A DNA stretch of 62,865 bases, taken from the IMG/VR virus record IMGVR_UViG_3300011335_000874, positions 1-62,865 of that record; one strand, given 5' to 3'. Source of the DNA: a virus (Duplodnaviria; Caudoviricetes). The number at the start of each line of letters is the position of its first letter. Position 1 is the stretch's first letter. Below the pieces are notes generated by a model, which saw nothing but the letters and a program-made list of their open reading frames with translations, ran no database searches and had not been told where the DNA came from. The position numbers and the translations under genes were made by a program. Positions 7,841 through 19,427 of the stretch are shown piece after piece.

Positions 7841-9285
7841 TGTCTACTAATCCTCCAATAATAATCCCATCTTTAAATAACCAAAATACAGGTTCTGTTG
7901 AAACATTACCTGGGGTAACGGTTTATAGTACATCAAAACAAAAAACAGATACTAATCCTCCATCTTCAGGATTTAATGTTGCTTCTTTAATTACTCCTAG
8001 TACTGTATCTACTTTAAAATCTTTAAAAGAAAATCCTAAAGCATTTGGAGATCAATTAAAAGATCAAGCTAAACAAAAAGCAATTCAAGCTATTTCAGAA
8101 TCAACTTTAGCTAAATTACTAAAAGAAAAAACAAAATTAATTAAGGAAGGAATTGAACTAGATATTAATCATCAATTAACTTTAGCTAAATTAGAATTAA
8201 GACATACTCCTAAAAAACAATATGTAAATGGAGAAACTGTAGACATTCCACCAGAGTTAAATGATGAGGAATATAAAAAAGCAGTTGAGGCTGAAGATAA
8301 GAACTACGAAGAGGCTAAAAAAATATTACAAGATAAAAAGGATAAAAATAAAGAGGATTTAGATAAATATCTAAAAGATCCTTTTAAGAGCATAAAAGAT
8401 AAAATTCAAAAACGTAAAGAAGCAAGAGCAAAACGTAAAAAAAGAACTAAAGCAGAAAAGAATAAAGCAAGAAAAGAAAAAGCAAAAGCTGTATTAAAAA
8501 ACGCTAAAAAAACACTTGGTCCTATTTTAACTTTACTTATAACAAATAAAGTTGCTGAAATTGTAGCTCAAAACGAAAAAATTCAAAAATTAATAGACGA
8601 CACTAACGCTATAATTACTGAAGCAAACGCTTCAGGAGACCCATTAAAATTAAGTAATGCTAAATTAGCTAGAGATAATGCTATTAAAGTTATAAATGAT
8701 AACGAAGCTAAAATACAAAAAGTAGCAGAAACTATAAATAAAATATCAGTGTATATTAATATTTTTAGTCTTATTGTAACTATAATTTCATCTATTCCTC
8801 TTCCAACAGCTGTCCCTCCTGGTGCTGGTATTCTTGTTAGTACAATAATGAAATTTGTAAAAATATTAGACAAAGCAAATCGCATACTTTTAATGTTATC
8901 CTCCCTAATACCAGTAGCAGAAGGTATTCTTCAAAAGGCTATTAGTATATTGGAAGATCTTAAATCACAATTACTAGATATCAATGGTAAATTAGATACT
9001 GCTGCAGCAAGTGGTGTACCTAATCTTTCACTTAATTTAAATAGTCAAACAGGAGGAATGACGCTAGGAATAATCCCTTCAGTAGAATATAAAGGATTTA
9101 AATTTGCTATACGTGAAGAAAATAATCCTAAATTTGTTGTTAAAGGAAATAAACGTCATTATGCTGAAGCTATTAATACTGATAATGTAGCTGTATTAAA
9201 GAGCGATTATTCATTTACCTTAGATCCTGATGATCTTGTAGAACAATTAAAATTAATAATAAATTCACAAAATTTACAAGCTTAA
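7840..9285 (+). CDS. hypothetical virion-associated protein, coiled-coil with hydrophobic hairpin
   Basis: Lys-rich helices, IPLPTAVPPG hydrophobic segment, baseplate operon. Confidence 0.55.
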   Translation: MSTNPPIIIPSLNNQNTGSVETLPGVTVYSTSKQKTDTNPPSSGFNVASLITPSTVSTLKSLKENPKAFGDQLKDQAKQKAIQAISESTLAKLLKEKTKLIKEGIELDINHQLTLAKLELRHTPKKQYVNGETVDIPPELNDEEYKKAVEAEDKNYEEAKKILQDKKDKNKEDLDKYLKDPFKSIKDKIQKRKEARAKRKKRTKAEKNKARKEKAKAVLKNAKKTLGPILTLLITNKVAEIVAQNEKIQKLIDDTNAIITEANASGDPLKLSNAKLARDNAIKVINDNEAKIQKVAETINKISVYINIFSLIVTIISSIPLPTAVPPGAGILVSTIMKFVKILDKANRILLMLSSLIPVAEGILQKAISILEDLKSQLLDINGKLDTAAASGVPNLSLNLNSQTGGMTLGIIPSVEYKGFKFAIREENNPKFVVKGNKRHYAEAINTDNVAVLKSDYSFTLDPDDLVEQLKLIINSQNLQA

Positions 9286-9297
9286 ATATTTATTTAT

Positions 9298-9657
9298 ATG
9301 AACGTTAAATTATTTAAAAAATTAATTAAAGAAGCAGTAGCTGAGGCTATTTATGAAGAGTTACCTGAAATACTAAATGAGGTACTATCTCAAAATAAGC
9401 AACCATTACGTGAAAATAAGTCATTTAATTTTACTAGTACTGATGCTGTTCCATTATCCGGAGATGTACGTAGTTCATTAATGGCTAAAATGGGTGCTGA
9501 ATTTGGTTTTCAACAACCTCAACGTACTGATTTAAAAGTAATTGATGCTGTTGATGACTCAACAGGAGAAAAAGTAAACCCATATCTAGCATTTATAGCA
9601 GATGCCGCTAGTAATATGACACCAATGGATAGATCAGGATTAAGACAATTAGATTAA
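9298..9657 (+). CDS. hypothetical late protein with N-terminal FKKLIKEAV motif
   Basis: ATATTTAT at 9286; ILNE and LRE sites. Confidence 0.7.
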   Translation: MNVKLFKKLIKEAVAEAIYEELPEILNEVLSQNKQPLRENKSFNFTSTDAVPLSGDVRSSLMAKMGAEFGFQQPQRTDLKVIDAVDDSTGEKVNPYLAFIADAASNMTPMDRSGLRQLD

Positions 9658-9661
9658 TAAT

Positions 9662-10081
9662 ATGCCCATAGTTCAAACAACACGTATTAACCCATTAGAT
9701 TTGCAAAAAAATATTGCAATTGGGGTTTCTCTTCCCTTTGATGGAAATTTTGGACCTTTTAATAGTACATATAGTACCCAAGAACAAATTAAATCTAACT
9801 TAATAAACTTATTACTTACTAGTAAAGGTGAAAGAGTATTTAATCCTGAATTTGGTTCTGATCTTAAAAGAGTGGTATTTGAAGCTGCTTCTGAAGATAG
9901 AGATACTAGACAAGCTATTCAAGATATTATAGTAAGTAGCATTGATACCTTCATTCCGGAAGTTGATGTAACTGCTGTAGAGGTAGTTCCTAATATTGAT
10001 GGTAATGCAATAACAATAACAGTTAGTTATAAATTAAAAATATCAGGAAATTCTGATGAAATAACCGTAGAATTTATATAA
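9662..10081 (+). CDS. gp25: baseplate wedge subunit (gp25/gpW-like)
   Basis: QIKSNLINLLLTSKGERVFNPEFGSDL motif. Confidence 0.92.
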   Translation: MPIVQTTRINPLDLQKNIAIGVSLPFDGNFGPFNSTYSTQEQIKSNLINLLLTSKGERVFNPEFGSDLKRVVFEAASEDRDTRQAIQDIIVSSIDTFIPEVDVTAVEVVPNIDGNAITITVSYKLKISGNSDEITVEFI

Positions 10082-10082
10082 A

Positions 10083-11918
10083 ATGGCAAATAATAAAGTA
10101 TCATACTTAAATAAAACCTTTAGTGATTTTAAGAATAATCTTATAAATTATACTAAAACTTATTTCCCTAACACATATAATGACTTCTCAGACGCAAATC
10201 CAGGAGCATTATTTATTGACTTAGCATCATATGTAGGGGATGTTGCTTCATTTTATGCTGATACTCAAATTCAAGAAACTTTTTTATTATATGCTAAAGA
10301 AAGAGAAAATTTATATTCTTTATCATATGGTTTAGGATATCGCCCTAAAGTATCATATGCCTCTAGTGTGTTAATGGATATATATCAACTTATTCCTGCA
10401 ATTACAATTTCCGGAACAGCCAATCCAGATTATAATTATGCTTTAGTTTTACCAGAAAATACTCCATTAACTGCTACTGCTAACTCAATTAAATTTTTAA
10501 CTACAGATAAAGTTGATTTTAATGATACTACTGATACTGAAATAACATATGTAGATAATTTTTATTTTTTATTAAAAAAACAAGTAAAAGCTATATCGGC
10601 TGAAATTAAATCTACCATTATAAACTTTAGTTCACCACAGAAATTCCAATTAGCTACTATTAATGATAGTAATATATTACAAATATTAGATGCTACTGAT
10701 ACTCAAGGTAATAAATGGTATGAAGTACCTTACTTGGCACAATCTTCTGTATTAACTACTAAAACTAATTCTTCATATAATAGTGATGGTGTACCTTACT
10801 TAGTTAGTTATCAAAGAGTACCTCGTCGTTATGTATCTAGATTTTTATCTGATGATACTTTACAATTAGAATTTGGCGCCGGATTATCTAATTCTTCAGA
10901 TACTACAATACTACCTAACCCAGACACTTTACAATTAGGTTTAATACCAGGAGTATCAAATTTATTAAATAATTATAATAAAGCTACTCCTTTTTTCACT
11001 CAAGAATATGGTTTAGCACCAAGTAGTAATATTACTATTAGATATCTTGTTGGAGGAGGAATTTTATCAAATGTACCATCAAATAATATTGTACAAATAA
11101 CATCAACCAATGCTTATTTTCCTAGTGGTGTATCGGGACCTTTAGCAGATAATATAAAAGCAAGTATAGCTTGTAATAATTCCGAACCAGCAACAGGTGG
11201 TAGAAGTAAAGATGAAGTTGAAGAAATTCGTAATAATGCATTATATGCATACCAATCTCAATTACGTGCAGTAACTAGAGAAGATTATATGGTACGTGCT
11301 TTATCATTACCTACAAATTATGGTTCAATAGCTAAAGTATATGTTACTCAAGATGTAGCTAGTACTCCTTTAGCTACTCCTACAGTAGCATACACAGAGG
11401 AACGTAATCCATTATCATTAGATATGTACATATTAGCTTATAATGGTAATAAAAAATTAGTAACTGCTGCTACAACACTAAAGCAAAATTTATCTACTTA
11501 TATTGATCAATTTAGAATGGTCACAGATGCTGTTAATATTAAGGATGCTTTTTATATTAATATCGGAGTTAATTTTGATATAACCGTTAAAAGTGGATTC
11601 AATAATAATGATGTTATAACTAATTGTATATCAACTTTAAAATCATTTTTTAATATAGATAATTGGAATATTAACCAACCTATAATACTATCAGATGTAT
11701 TGTCTACTTTATTAGCAGTAAATGGAGTTCAATCTGTAGTTAAAATTGAAGTGATAAATAAACAAGATAGTACAAATACAACATATTCTCAATATGCATA
11801 TGATATATCTGGGGCCACAAGACAAGGTAATATATATCCTTCAATAGATCCTAGTATATTTGAAGTTAGATATCCTGATACCGATATTCAAGGTAGAGTA
11901 GTACCATTTGCAATTTAA
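10083..11918 (+). CDS. gp6: baseplate wedge protein (gp6/Baseplate J-like)
   Basis: F.DFKNNLINY, YNDFS, LGYRPK, ATGG...E.IR.NA, RAVTREDY. Confidence 0.9.
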   Translation: MANNKVSYLNKTFSDFKNNLINYTKTYFPNTYNDFSDANPGALFIDLASYVGDVASFYADTQIQETFLLYAKERENLYSLSYGLGYRPKVSYASSVLMDIYQLIPAITISGTANPDYNYALVLPENTPLTATANSIKFLTTDKVDFNDTTDTEITYVDNFYFLLKKQVKAISAEIKSTIINFSSPQKFQLATINDSNILQILDATDTQGNKWYEVPYLAQSSVLTTKTNSSYNSDGVPYLVSYQRVPRRYVSRFLSDDTLQLEFGAGLSNSSDTTILPNPDTLQLGLIPGVSNLLNNYNKATPFFTQEYGLAPSSNITIRYLVGGGILSNVPSNNIVQITSTNAYFPSGVSGPLADNIKASIACNNSEPATGGRSKDEVEEIRNNALYAYQSQLRAVTREDYMVRALSLPTNYGSIAKVYVTQDVASTPLATPTVAYTEERNPLSLDMYILAYNGNKKLVTAATTLKQNLSTYIDQFRMVTDAVNIKDAFYINIGVNFDITVKSGFNNNDVITNCISTLKSFFNIDNWNINQPIILSDVLSTLLAVNGVQSVVKIEVINKQDSTNTTYSQYAYDISGATRQGNIYPSIDPSIFEVRYPDTDIQGRVVPFAI

Positions 11919-11960
11919 AAACTGTAATTTACCATATTTATATATAGTAATCATGTAATT

Positions 11961-13055
11961 ATGGCAATTTATAAAATATTTCCTGAAAAAAGCGCTACGC
12001 TTTATTCATATTATCCTACACTTAATTCGGGTTTGGATGAAATACTAGAACTTAGTACTTTTAAATCTATTGGAGGTACTAATGAAATATCGCGTCCTAT
12101 TATTAAGTTTCCTCAAGACGAAATACTTGATGTTATTAATAATAAAGTAAGTGGATCTTCTTATAGTGCGTCTTTACGCCTATCTTTAGCTAATGCTTCA
12201 CAAGTACCTCTAAATTATACTATATTTTGTCATCCTTTAGCAGCAGATTGGAATGTAGGAAATGGAAGATATTCTAATTCACCTATAACAACAGATGGAG
12301 TTAGCTGGCAATTTAAAGATCAATTAAGTGGAAGTGTATGGTTTACCACATTTCCAGCAGGTACTACAGGATCATATACAGGTAGTGGAGTAGCAGGAGG
12401 TGGATTATGGTATACTGGTTCGTCATATGTAGCTACTCAATCTTTTAACCATGTTAGTTCATTTGATATATCATTAAATGTAACTAATACTGTAACATCA
12501 TGGTCAGGAAGTATATTACCTAATTATGGTTTTATTTTAAAACACAGCAGTTCATTAGAATTTACTACTGCCTCTAAATTTGAGACTAAATATTTCTCAG
12601 CTGAAACTCATACAATATACCCACCATGTTTAGAAATAAAATGGAATGATTGGGTATATAATACAGGCTCATTATCTGTTGTTACTTCGCCTAGCATTGT
12701 TGCTACATTAGCTAATAATCAAAGTGAATATCAACAAGATTCAATACAACGTTTTAGAGTAAGCATAAGGGATAAATACCCAGCAAGGGCATTTCAAGCT
12801 ACTTCTGTTTATTTAGTTAATAAAGCATTACCTACTTCTTCATATTATCAAATAAAAGATTTGGATACCGAAGAAATTGTCGTAGATTATGATACAACAT
12901 TTACTAAGATAAGTTGCGATCCAACAGGTATGTATTTTGATGTGTATATGAATGGATTAGAACCAGAACGCTACTATCAAATATTAATTAAAACAACTAT
13001 TGCTGGTACTACATTAGTATTAGATGATAATTATTATTTTAAAGTTATAAGATAA
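11961..13055 (+). CDS. virion structural protein (beta-rich)
   Basis: Late motif at 11934; S/T-rich; baseplate operon. Confidence 0.6.
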   Translation: MAIYKIFPEKSATLYSYYPTLNSGLDEILELSTFKSIGGTNEISRPIIKFPQDEILDVINNKVSGSSYSASLRLSLANASQVPLNYTIFCHPLAADWNVGNGRYSNSPITTDGVSWQFKDQLSGSVWFTTFPAGTTGSYTGSGVAGGGLWYTGSSYVATQSFNHVSSFDISLNVTNTVTSWSGSILPNYGFILKHSSSLEFTTASKFETKYFSAETHTIYPPCLEIKWNDWVYNTGSLSVVTSPSIVATLANNQSEYQQDSIQRFRVSIRDKYPARAFQATSVYLVNKALPTSSYYQIKDLDTEEIVVDYDTTFTKISCDPTGMYFDVYMNGLEPERYYQILIKTTIAGTTLVLDDNYYFKVIR

Positions 13056-13399
13056 TGTCACAAATTCCTATAGAAAGAACAGTATTTGATAAGAATACTT
13101 TTGGTAAAGTAATTAATACCAGATTTAGTCAATTTTTAACAGATGCTGAAGAAGTAGAAACACCAGTTTTTACTATAGATGATTTTTTTAATTTATATGA
13201 ACAATTATTTTATCAAATTCCTAAAGAAGGAGATGCAAATTCACATAGATATATTTTAGAAAAAGAAGCGGACTATTTAGGAGTAGTAATAAATCAAGAT
13301 GATATTCAAGCGTTATTAGATGAAATTACATCTTTAAGACAACAATTATTAGATACCCAAACTTCTCTTAGCGAATTAAATAATATAACTAGAAAATAA
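13055..13399 (+). CDS. hypothetical structural protein
   Basis: Translationally coupled; C-terminal coiled coil. Confidence 0.65.
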   Translation: MSQIPIERTVFDKNTFGKVINTRFSQFLTDAEEVETPVFTIDDFFNLYEQLFYQIPKEGDANSHRYILEKEADYLGVVINQDDIQALLDEITSLRQQLLDTQTSLSELNNITRK

Positions 13400-13402
13400 T
13401 AA

Positions 13403-16400
13403 ATGGCAAATAATATAAAAATAGTAGGTGATATTTTAACCACTACCTTGGTTTCACGTTATACTGATGGAGATAAAGCATTATTATCTCCTAAGGAACA
13501 ACAAGAAAATTTTGGAGGAGAAAATGACTATATTGAATATTATATATATGATATTGAAGGAAATTTATTAAATATAGATTATAATTATTTAAATTATAAA
13601 TTACCTACTAATATAGGACTAACTCCTGGAACTACAGTCCCAACAAATACAACAGGAAATATTCAAACAGAAAATGTAGGAGTTACTTCTACTTTATCTT
13701 CCCCTACAAGTTCACTGTACCCTATTATTGAAATAGATCCTATTGGTGATCTACAAAATTTTGGATACTCAGCAGGAGAGTTTAAAGTTAGGTATAATTT
13801 TTTTAAAAATAAAATATCTAATATAACAGACGCTGATTTATTTATTAAAGAAATATCTCAAGATCGAACAGAATTAAGATTAGCTTCTCTTACATTATCT
13901 AATGAAGAAATTGAAAAATTAACTATATCTCTTATAGATGAAATGAATAATTCTACTGAATATTATGTAGATTATTTATTAAATTTTGGTGATAATACAC
14001 AATGTGTAGCCGTTAATGTAGCATTAAATAGAGTTCCTGAAGGATATGAAATTTTATTTAAATTATACCAGCCATTACCTATAGATATTACGGATAAAAC
14101 GCAATTATGGGTTGTTGATGAAAAGGTAGATCCTTATGAATTTGAAATTAACTTAGATAAACTAATAATACCTGCTCCTCCCTTACAACTAAAAGGTCCT
14201 AATTTTGATATTGAAGCAAGTAATATAAAGACCGGTGCTGTAGGGACAGGAACAGTAGGTACTCCCTATACTAATTATACTACTTTAATAACTAGACTAG
14301 AAACATTACAAAATTCATCATATCAACAAATATTAGGATTATTAGCATCACAAAGTGCTGACATTAATATAGATTATTCTAGTTATGATAATTTTTCATT
14401 TTTTGGATCTGCTGAGCAACGTTTAGCTAATTTTTATACTAAAGTAAAACAAATTGAGGATTATACTAATTTGATAAATAAGTATAAGCCGTATGTAGCG
14501 ACAACAGCTAGTCTTCAAACCGAAATAAATCAGTACTCATCTAGTATTACTAATATCATAACTCAGTTTGATGGGTATGAAAATTATTTATATTTTGAAT
14601 CAGGATCACATTCATGGCCTAAATCCGGTTCTTTAAAACCATTTGAGTTATTATCTACTGGATCAGCAGTTACTGTGAATTGGTATAATGGTACTTCATT
14701 ATCTGCTTCTATATATGATAGAAATAATCCTAATAATTTAAAATATTCTATTCCTTCTTACTTAGTAGATGATGGTAATAACCAACCATTTATAACATTC
14801 CTTAGTATGGTTGGACATTATTTTGATAACATTTGGATTTATTTAAAATCAATCACTGATTTAAATGTTGCTAACAATAATTTAGATGCAGGTATATCTA
14901 GAGATTTAGTATACTATCAATTACAGTCATTAGGTCTTAAATTATATAATAGTCAAGCTGGTGAAAATGTTGATCAATACTTAATAGGATCTAATACAGG
15001 TAGCTCAACTTGGGATAATAATACTACTATAACAGGTAGTTACTTAAATAATATTCCACGTAAAGACTTATTATCAGAACTATATAAACGTATTTATCAT
15101 AATTTACCATTATTATTAAAACAAAAAGGTACAGTTGAGGGTTTAGATAACTTAATGACTGTATTTGGTATTCCTAATAAAACATATTATACACTAACAA
15201 GTGGATCTATACAAACAACTTGGTACACTCCAACAGGTAGTTCTGCAACAGCTAGTATATTAAACGTTAAAGAATATGGAGGTGGATTAAAATCAAGCTT
15301 AATACAAGGATATAATAATGATAAAGTAAGAATTATAAATAATGCTGTAACAGAAAGTGTTTTATCTTCTATAATAAGCTTACAATCATACCCAACATCA
15401 TCTAATGATTTTAGAGAAAATGATATGCATTACATTGACATATCGTTTTCACCACAAAATCAAATTGATAACTATATTTCTGGAGCTGTAGCATCTAACA
15501 ATCCTACTTGGAGCTTAGATGACTATATTGGTGATCCAGGATATCTTTACAGTTCATCTTATGATAGTTTAAATGCTCAACGCAAATTATATTTTCAAAC
15601 TGGTGTACCTGGATATGCTCCATTTACATCATCATTATTAGATTATAATGGATTTATTCGTTTAGTAGAATATTTTGATAATGCTCTATTTAAAATGCTT
15701 GCTGATTTTGTTCCTGAAAGAGCAAGTCTATCCACAGGCGTTACAATTAATTCTCCTGTATTAGAACGTAATAAAGTAGCTTACGCTTCACCTAAAAATA
15801 GTACTACACAAAGTGTACCAACAGCAGAATATTCCGCTTCAACTATATCTCCTATATATGGTACTTTTTACAATGCTTTAGGAGGAGATAAAGTAGCATG
15901 GTATAATGGTAATATAACAGGTAGCGTTGTTAGTATAAATCAATATTTTGAAGATAACAATAATCCCTATCTTTTAGGCACTACTGCGTCATATAATGCC
16001 TGGCATTCAACTAATCAACAAGTTAATTACAATACATTTTTACATTCTGATTGGAATGTATTATTCAATAATATATCTAATAGTGTATTATCATCTACTA
16101 GAAAAAATATAGAATATATTTGGGGTACTACAGGTAGCATAGTAAAACCTGCTGAATTACAAGATTCATACTTATCATTAACTTCTTATAATAATTCTAG
16201 ATATGCTGGAACTAAATTAACAAGTTTAACTTATAATAATTATACTAGTGAGTCTTATATAAATGGTTTAGTTACCCAAAGTGGAGATATATCTTATGGT
16301 AAAACAGCTGTAATTGATCAATATGTTCGTAAAATAGGATTATTTACTGCTTTAGATTCTAGTTCATATTTTTATAGAAAAACAGAAGGTAATTTAAAAT

Positions 16401-17707
16401 ATATTGTTGATGAATTTGGAGGATTAACTGAATTAAACCAAAAAAATAAACATTGGGAAGAAGTACAAAATACATTTAAAGCAGGAACCAATCAGGCTAT
16501 ATCCTTATTTGATAATCAAAAATACAGCAACCAAAAACGATCTGATGGCTTAAAATCAACATTCAATTCAGGGTATTCTTATACTCCTTTATTTTATTAT
16601 TCAAATACAGATAGAACTGCTTCATTTCAATATGCCGGTACGTCTCAAGCGAATATGTTTAAATATCAAACAAATGGAGGTACATTAGGATCATCATCCG
16701 CAGTTCCAACTCCTACATATATTCGTGCAAAAGATGATCCAGGAATACAATATTTAACAAATATATTTGGATCTCCCGATATTGAAATATACAATGATAA
16801 TTTAGTTTACAACCCAGGACTTATTACTAAAAGTGGATTTCCATATTTTGGATATTATGATGTAAAAAAAAATGGATATTATGGATTTGCAATTAATAAT
16901 CTTAGTTTTAGAATTAATGTTGGAAAAACGGCAAATGTTCCTATATATTCATTTAATATGTCTTCTTCTTATGGAAGAGAAACAGCTAAATTTTCATCAG
17001 AATATGGTGGTTTCAATGTAAGCACTCTAAATGGAACAGTAGATTCAAGATTTTACACTTCAGGATCACAAATATATTTTGGACTTCAAAGAACATATGA
17101 TGTAGGCTATGATCCAACCTATGAAACAGCAACCGATACAATAAACGCAGGTGCTATATTCCAATCTACCCTTTCTGGAGGTACACCATATGCTTTATCT
17201 CCATTTACATCATCTATATCATCAACTCAATTTTGTTTAGATGAACAATTTGCCTTATTTTATGGATATTTATTTTTACCACAAGGATCTGGTACCTATC
17301 CATCATCATCATTATACCCCACATACGGAGATGTAGATTATGATTTTACAGTATCTCCAGGGGATTTTATTAAATTTGTTTTATATGATGTATCATATGA
17401 ATTTGAAATAGCATCTACAGTTGTTACACAAGGAACAGCAGGTACAGGAAGCTTATGTTTTAATATAAATGGAGTAATGCCTAATTCTTTACTTGGTAGC
17501 TTTAATGCTGTAACTCAAGTATTAATACTAAAGAAAATAAAAGACGAAACAAATATTATATTTTCATACATTAAACCCCCAGGACAAACATCATATGGCT
17601 TTTTAATACCAGAAAATTTATCACCTGATGTTTTAGCTAATATAGATACCATAACAAAAGAAGTAAAACAAAAACTATTAGCAGACCAACAAGGTACAAC
17701 ACAATAA
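13403..17707 (+). CDS. large baseplate wedge protein (gp7/P2 gpI-like)
   Basis: RIYHNLPLLLKQKGTVEGL...FG resembles the gpI/gp7 KGT motif; 1434 aa, S/T/N-rich. Confidence 0.55.
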   Translation: MANNIKIVGDILTTTLVSRYTDGDKALLSPKEQQENFGGENDYIEYYIYDIEGNLLNIDYNYLNYKLPTNIGLTPGTTVPTNTTGNIQTENVGVTSTLSSPTSSLYPIIEIDPIGDLQNFGYSAGEFKVRYNFFKNKISNITDADLFIKEISQDRTELRLASLTLSNEEIEKLTISLIDEMNNSTEYYVDYLLNFGDNTQCVAVNVALNRVPEGYEILFKLYQPLPIDITDKTQLWVVDEKVDPYEFEINLDKLIIPAPPLQLKGPNFDIEASNIKTGAVGTGTVGTPYTNYTTLITRLETLQNSSYQQILGLLASQSADINIDYSSYDNFSFFGSAEQRLANFYTKVKQIEDYTNLINKYKPYVATTASLQTEINQYSSSITNIITQFDGYENYLYFESGSHSWPKSGSLKPFELLSTGSAVTVNWYNGTSLSASIYDRNNPNNLKYSIPSYLVDDGNNQPFITFLSMVGHYFDNIWIYLKSITDLNVANNNLDAGISRDLVYYQLQSLGLKLYNSQAGENVDQYLIGSNTGSSTWDNNTTITGSYLNNIPRKDLLSELYKRIYHNLPLLLKQKGTVEGLDNLMTVFGIPNKTYYTLTSGSIQTTWYTPTGSSATASILNVKEYGGGLKSSLIQGYNNDKVRIINNAVTESVLSSIISLQSYPTSSNDFRENDMHYIDISFSPQNQIDNYISGAVASNNPTWSLDDYIGDPGYLYSSSYDSLNAQRKLYFQTGVPGYAPFTSSLLDYNGFIRLVEYFDNALFKMLADFVPERASLSTGVTINSPVLERNKVAYASPKNSTTQSVPTAEYSASTISPIYGTFYNALGGDKVAWYNGNITGSVVSINQYFEDNNNPYLLGTTASYNAWHSTNQQVNYNTFLHSDWNVLFNNISNSVLSSTRKNIEYIWGTTGSIVKPAELQDSYLSLTSYNNSRYAGTKLTSLTYNNYTSESYINGLVTQSGDISYGKTAVIDQYVRKIGLFTALDSSSYFYRKTEGNLKYIVDEFGGLTELNQKNKHWEEVQNTFKAGTNQAISLFDNQKYSNQKRSDGLKSTFNSGYSYTPLFYYSNTDRTASFQYAGTSQANMFKYQTNGGTLGSSSAVPTPTYIRAKDDPGIQYLTNIFGSPDIEIYNDNLVYNPGLITKSGFPYFGYYDVKKNGYYGFAINNLSFRINVGKTANVPIYSFNMSSSYGRETAKFSSEYGGFNVSTLNGTVDSRFYTSGSQIYFGLQRTYDVGYDPTYETATDTINAGAIFQSTLSGGTPYALSPFTSSISSTQFCLDEQFALFYGYLFLPQGSGTYPSSSLYPTYGDVDYDFTVSPGDFIKFVLYDVSYEFEIASTVVTQGTAGTGSLCFNINGVMPNSLLGSFNAVTQVLILKKIKDETNIIFSYIKPPGQTSYGFLIPENLSPDVLANIDTITKEVKQKLLADQQGTTQ

Positions 17708-17754
17708 TTTTATAATTTTAATATATTTATAGTATATACAACAAACAGTAAAAA

Positions 17755-18420
17755 ATGGCAATATTAAATCCTACAACGGTAACAGTAGATTCAATTTTAA
17801 CAGACAAAGGTCGTGAATTATTAGCACGCAACGATGGCTCATTTCAAATCACACAATTTGCTTTGGCTGATGATGAAATAGATTATACATTATATAATCC
17901 AAACCAACCATCTGGATCAGCATTTTATGGTGAAGCAATTGAAGCAATGCCTGTTATACAAGCATTTCCAAACGATACACAAATAATGCGTTATAAATTA
18001 GTAACACTACCACGTGGTACTAGTAGATTACCTGTTGTTAGTATTGGTTATAATTCAATTACACTTAAACAAGGTGCTTCATTAACAATAACACCACAAA
18101 CATTAAATTATTTGGGTGCCTCAAGTACATTTGAAGCTAATGGATATATAGCTACTATAGCAGATGTTAGATTAGTATCTGCTTTCCAAGGTACAGGTAT
18201 TACTACTACAACAGTAGGTCAACCCGATCTTAATACAACAACAGGAGCAGTATTATCTACATCAGCAATTGGTACATCATTTACATTCACAGCAACAACT
18301 GTTAATACATTATTTGGTAGTACATTATCTACATTATCAACTACACTTACTATAATTGGTAGAGATAGTGGAGCTAGAATTACTATTCCTATTAACATTG
18401 CAAAAGTATCAACAACCTAA
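17755..18420 (+). CDS. baseplate/tail-fibre attachment structural protein
   Basis: LTDKGRELLA...ITQFALADDEIDY resembles tail-collar fibre N-termini; late motif at 17723. Confidence 0.55.
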   Translation: MAILNPTTVTVDSILTDKGRELLARNDGSFQITQFALADDEIDYTLYNPNQPSGSAFYGEAIEAMPVIQAFPNDTQIMRYKLVTLPRGTSRLPVVSIGYNSITLKQGASLTITPQTLNYLGASSTFEANGYIATIADVRLVSAFQGTGITTTTVGQPDLNTTTGAVLSTSAIGTSFTFTATTVNTLFGSTLSTLSTTLTIIGRDSGARITIPINIAKVSTT

Positions 18421-18440
18421 TAAAACAATAAAATAAAAAT

Positions 18441-19424
18441 ATGTCATTTTCAAGATATAACACTGAAGATTCAGTAATAAGTGCCGAAACTGTAGTTCGC
18501 GGATTGTGGAGTGGAGATAATAATGAATTAACAGGATCATCCATGTTTACAGGAAGTGGATACACTGAATATTATTTAGATGTATATGGCGCTAATCCAT
18601 CAGCAACCGGCTCCTCAGTTCAATTTGATATTCAATATGGTCAAATATCTGGATCAGGTTCAGCTCCTATCAATTCTTCAACTCCTGGATATTCACCTTC
18701 TCGTATTGTATATGGCCAGTATAGAAACTTAGTTTATGGTACTGAAACAACTAATTTTAGTTTTGATGGAATAAATACAGCGGAACAAATATATGTAGTT
18801 AATATCAATAGAGAAAGATACAAACAAGCTCTTCAACAAGGATCATTAAATTTAGCTTTAAAAAGTGGTAGTGCTATAATATATCTTACTGATGATAGTA
18901 ATACTACATCATTAACTCGTTTTGTTGGTGAAAATAGAATATACTATATCATAAGTGGCAGTAATGGAACTCCATATACTAGCAGCGCTGCTACAACATA
19001 CTATGGTATGATGTTACCTGATATGGGAGTTATTATATTAAATGCTTCTGGATCTTTAACACCATATATTCAAGCAGCTAATTTAGGATTAACAAGACAA
19101 GATAATCATTTAAAATTATATAATGCTATTGTATCAGGTAGTATCACAAGTTCTTTTAAATTACAATCACAAGAAGTAGTATCGTCACGTTATTTCTTCA
19201 CACGTATTAAGAATAGCGAATTTAATTATACTACTAATCCGTCTGTTATAGATGCAAATGGTAATTTATTATATACTACATTAATTAATAATCCACAAAC
19301 ATTTATTACTACAGTGGGTATGTACAATGATAATAATGAATTATTAGCTGTAGCTAAATTAAGTAAACCATTAGTTAAAGATTTCACAAAAGAAGCCTTA
19401 ATTAGAATCAAATTAGACTATTAA
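18441..19424 (+). CDS. baseplate/tail-collar structural protein
   Basis: C-terminal ITTVGMYNDNNELLAVAKLSKP. Confidence 0.6.
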   Translation: MSFSRYNTEDSVISAETVVRGLWSGDNNELTGSSMFTGSGYTEYYLDVYGANPSATGSSVQFDIQYGQISGSGSAPINSSTPGYSPSRIVYGQYRNLVYGTETTNFSFDGINTAEQIYVVNINRERYKQALQQGSLNLALKSGSAIIYLTDDSNTTSLTRFVGENRIYYIISGSNGTPYTSSAATTYYGMMLPDMGVIILNASGSLTPYIQAANLGLTRQDNHLKLYNAIVSGSITSSFKLQSQEVVSSRYFFTRIKNSEFNYTTNPSVIDANGNLLYTTLINNPQTFITTVGMYNDNNELLAVAKLSKPLVKDFTKEALIRIKLDY

Positions 19425-19427
19425 TGC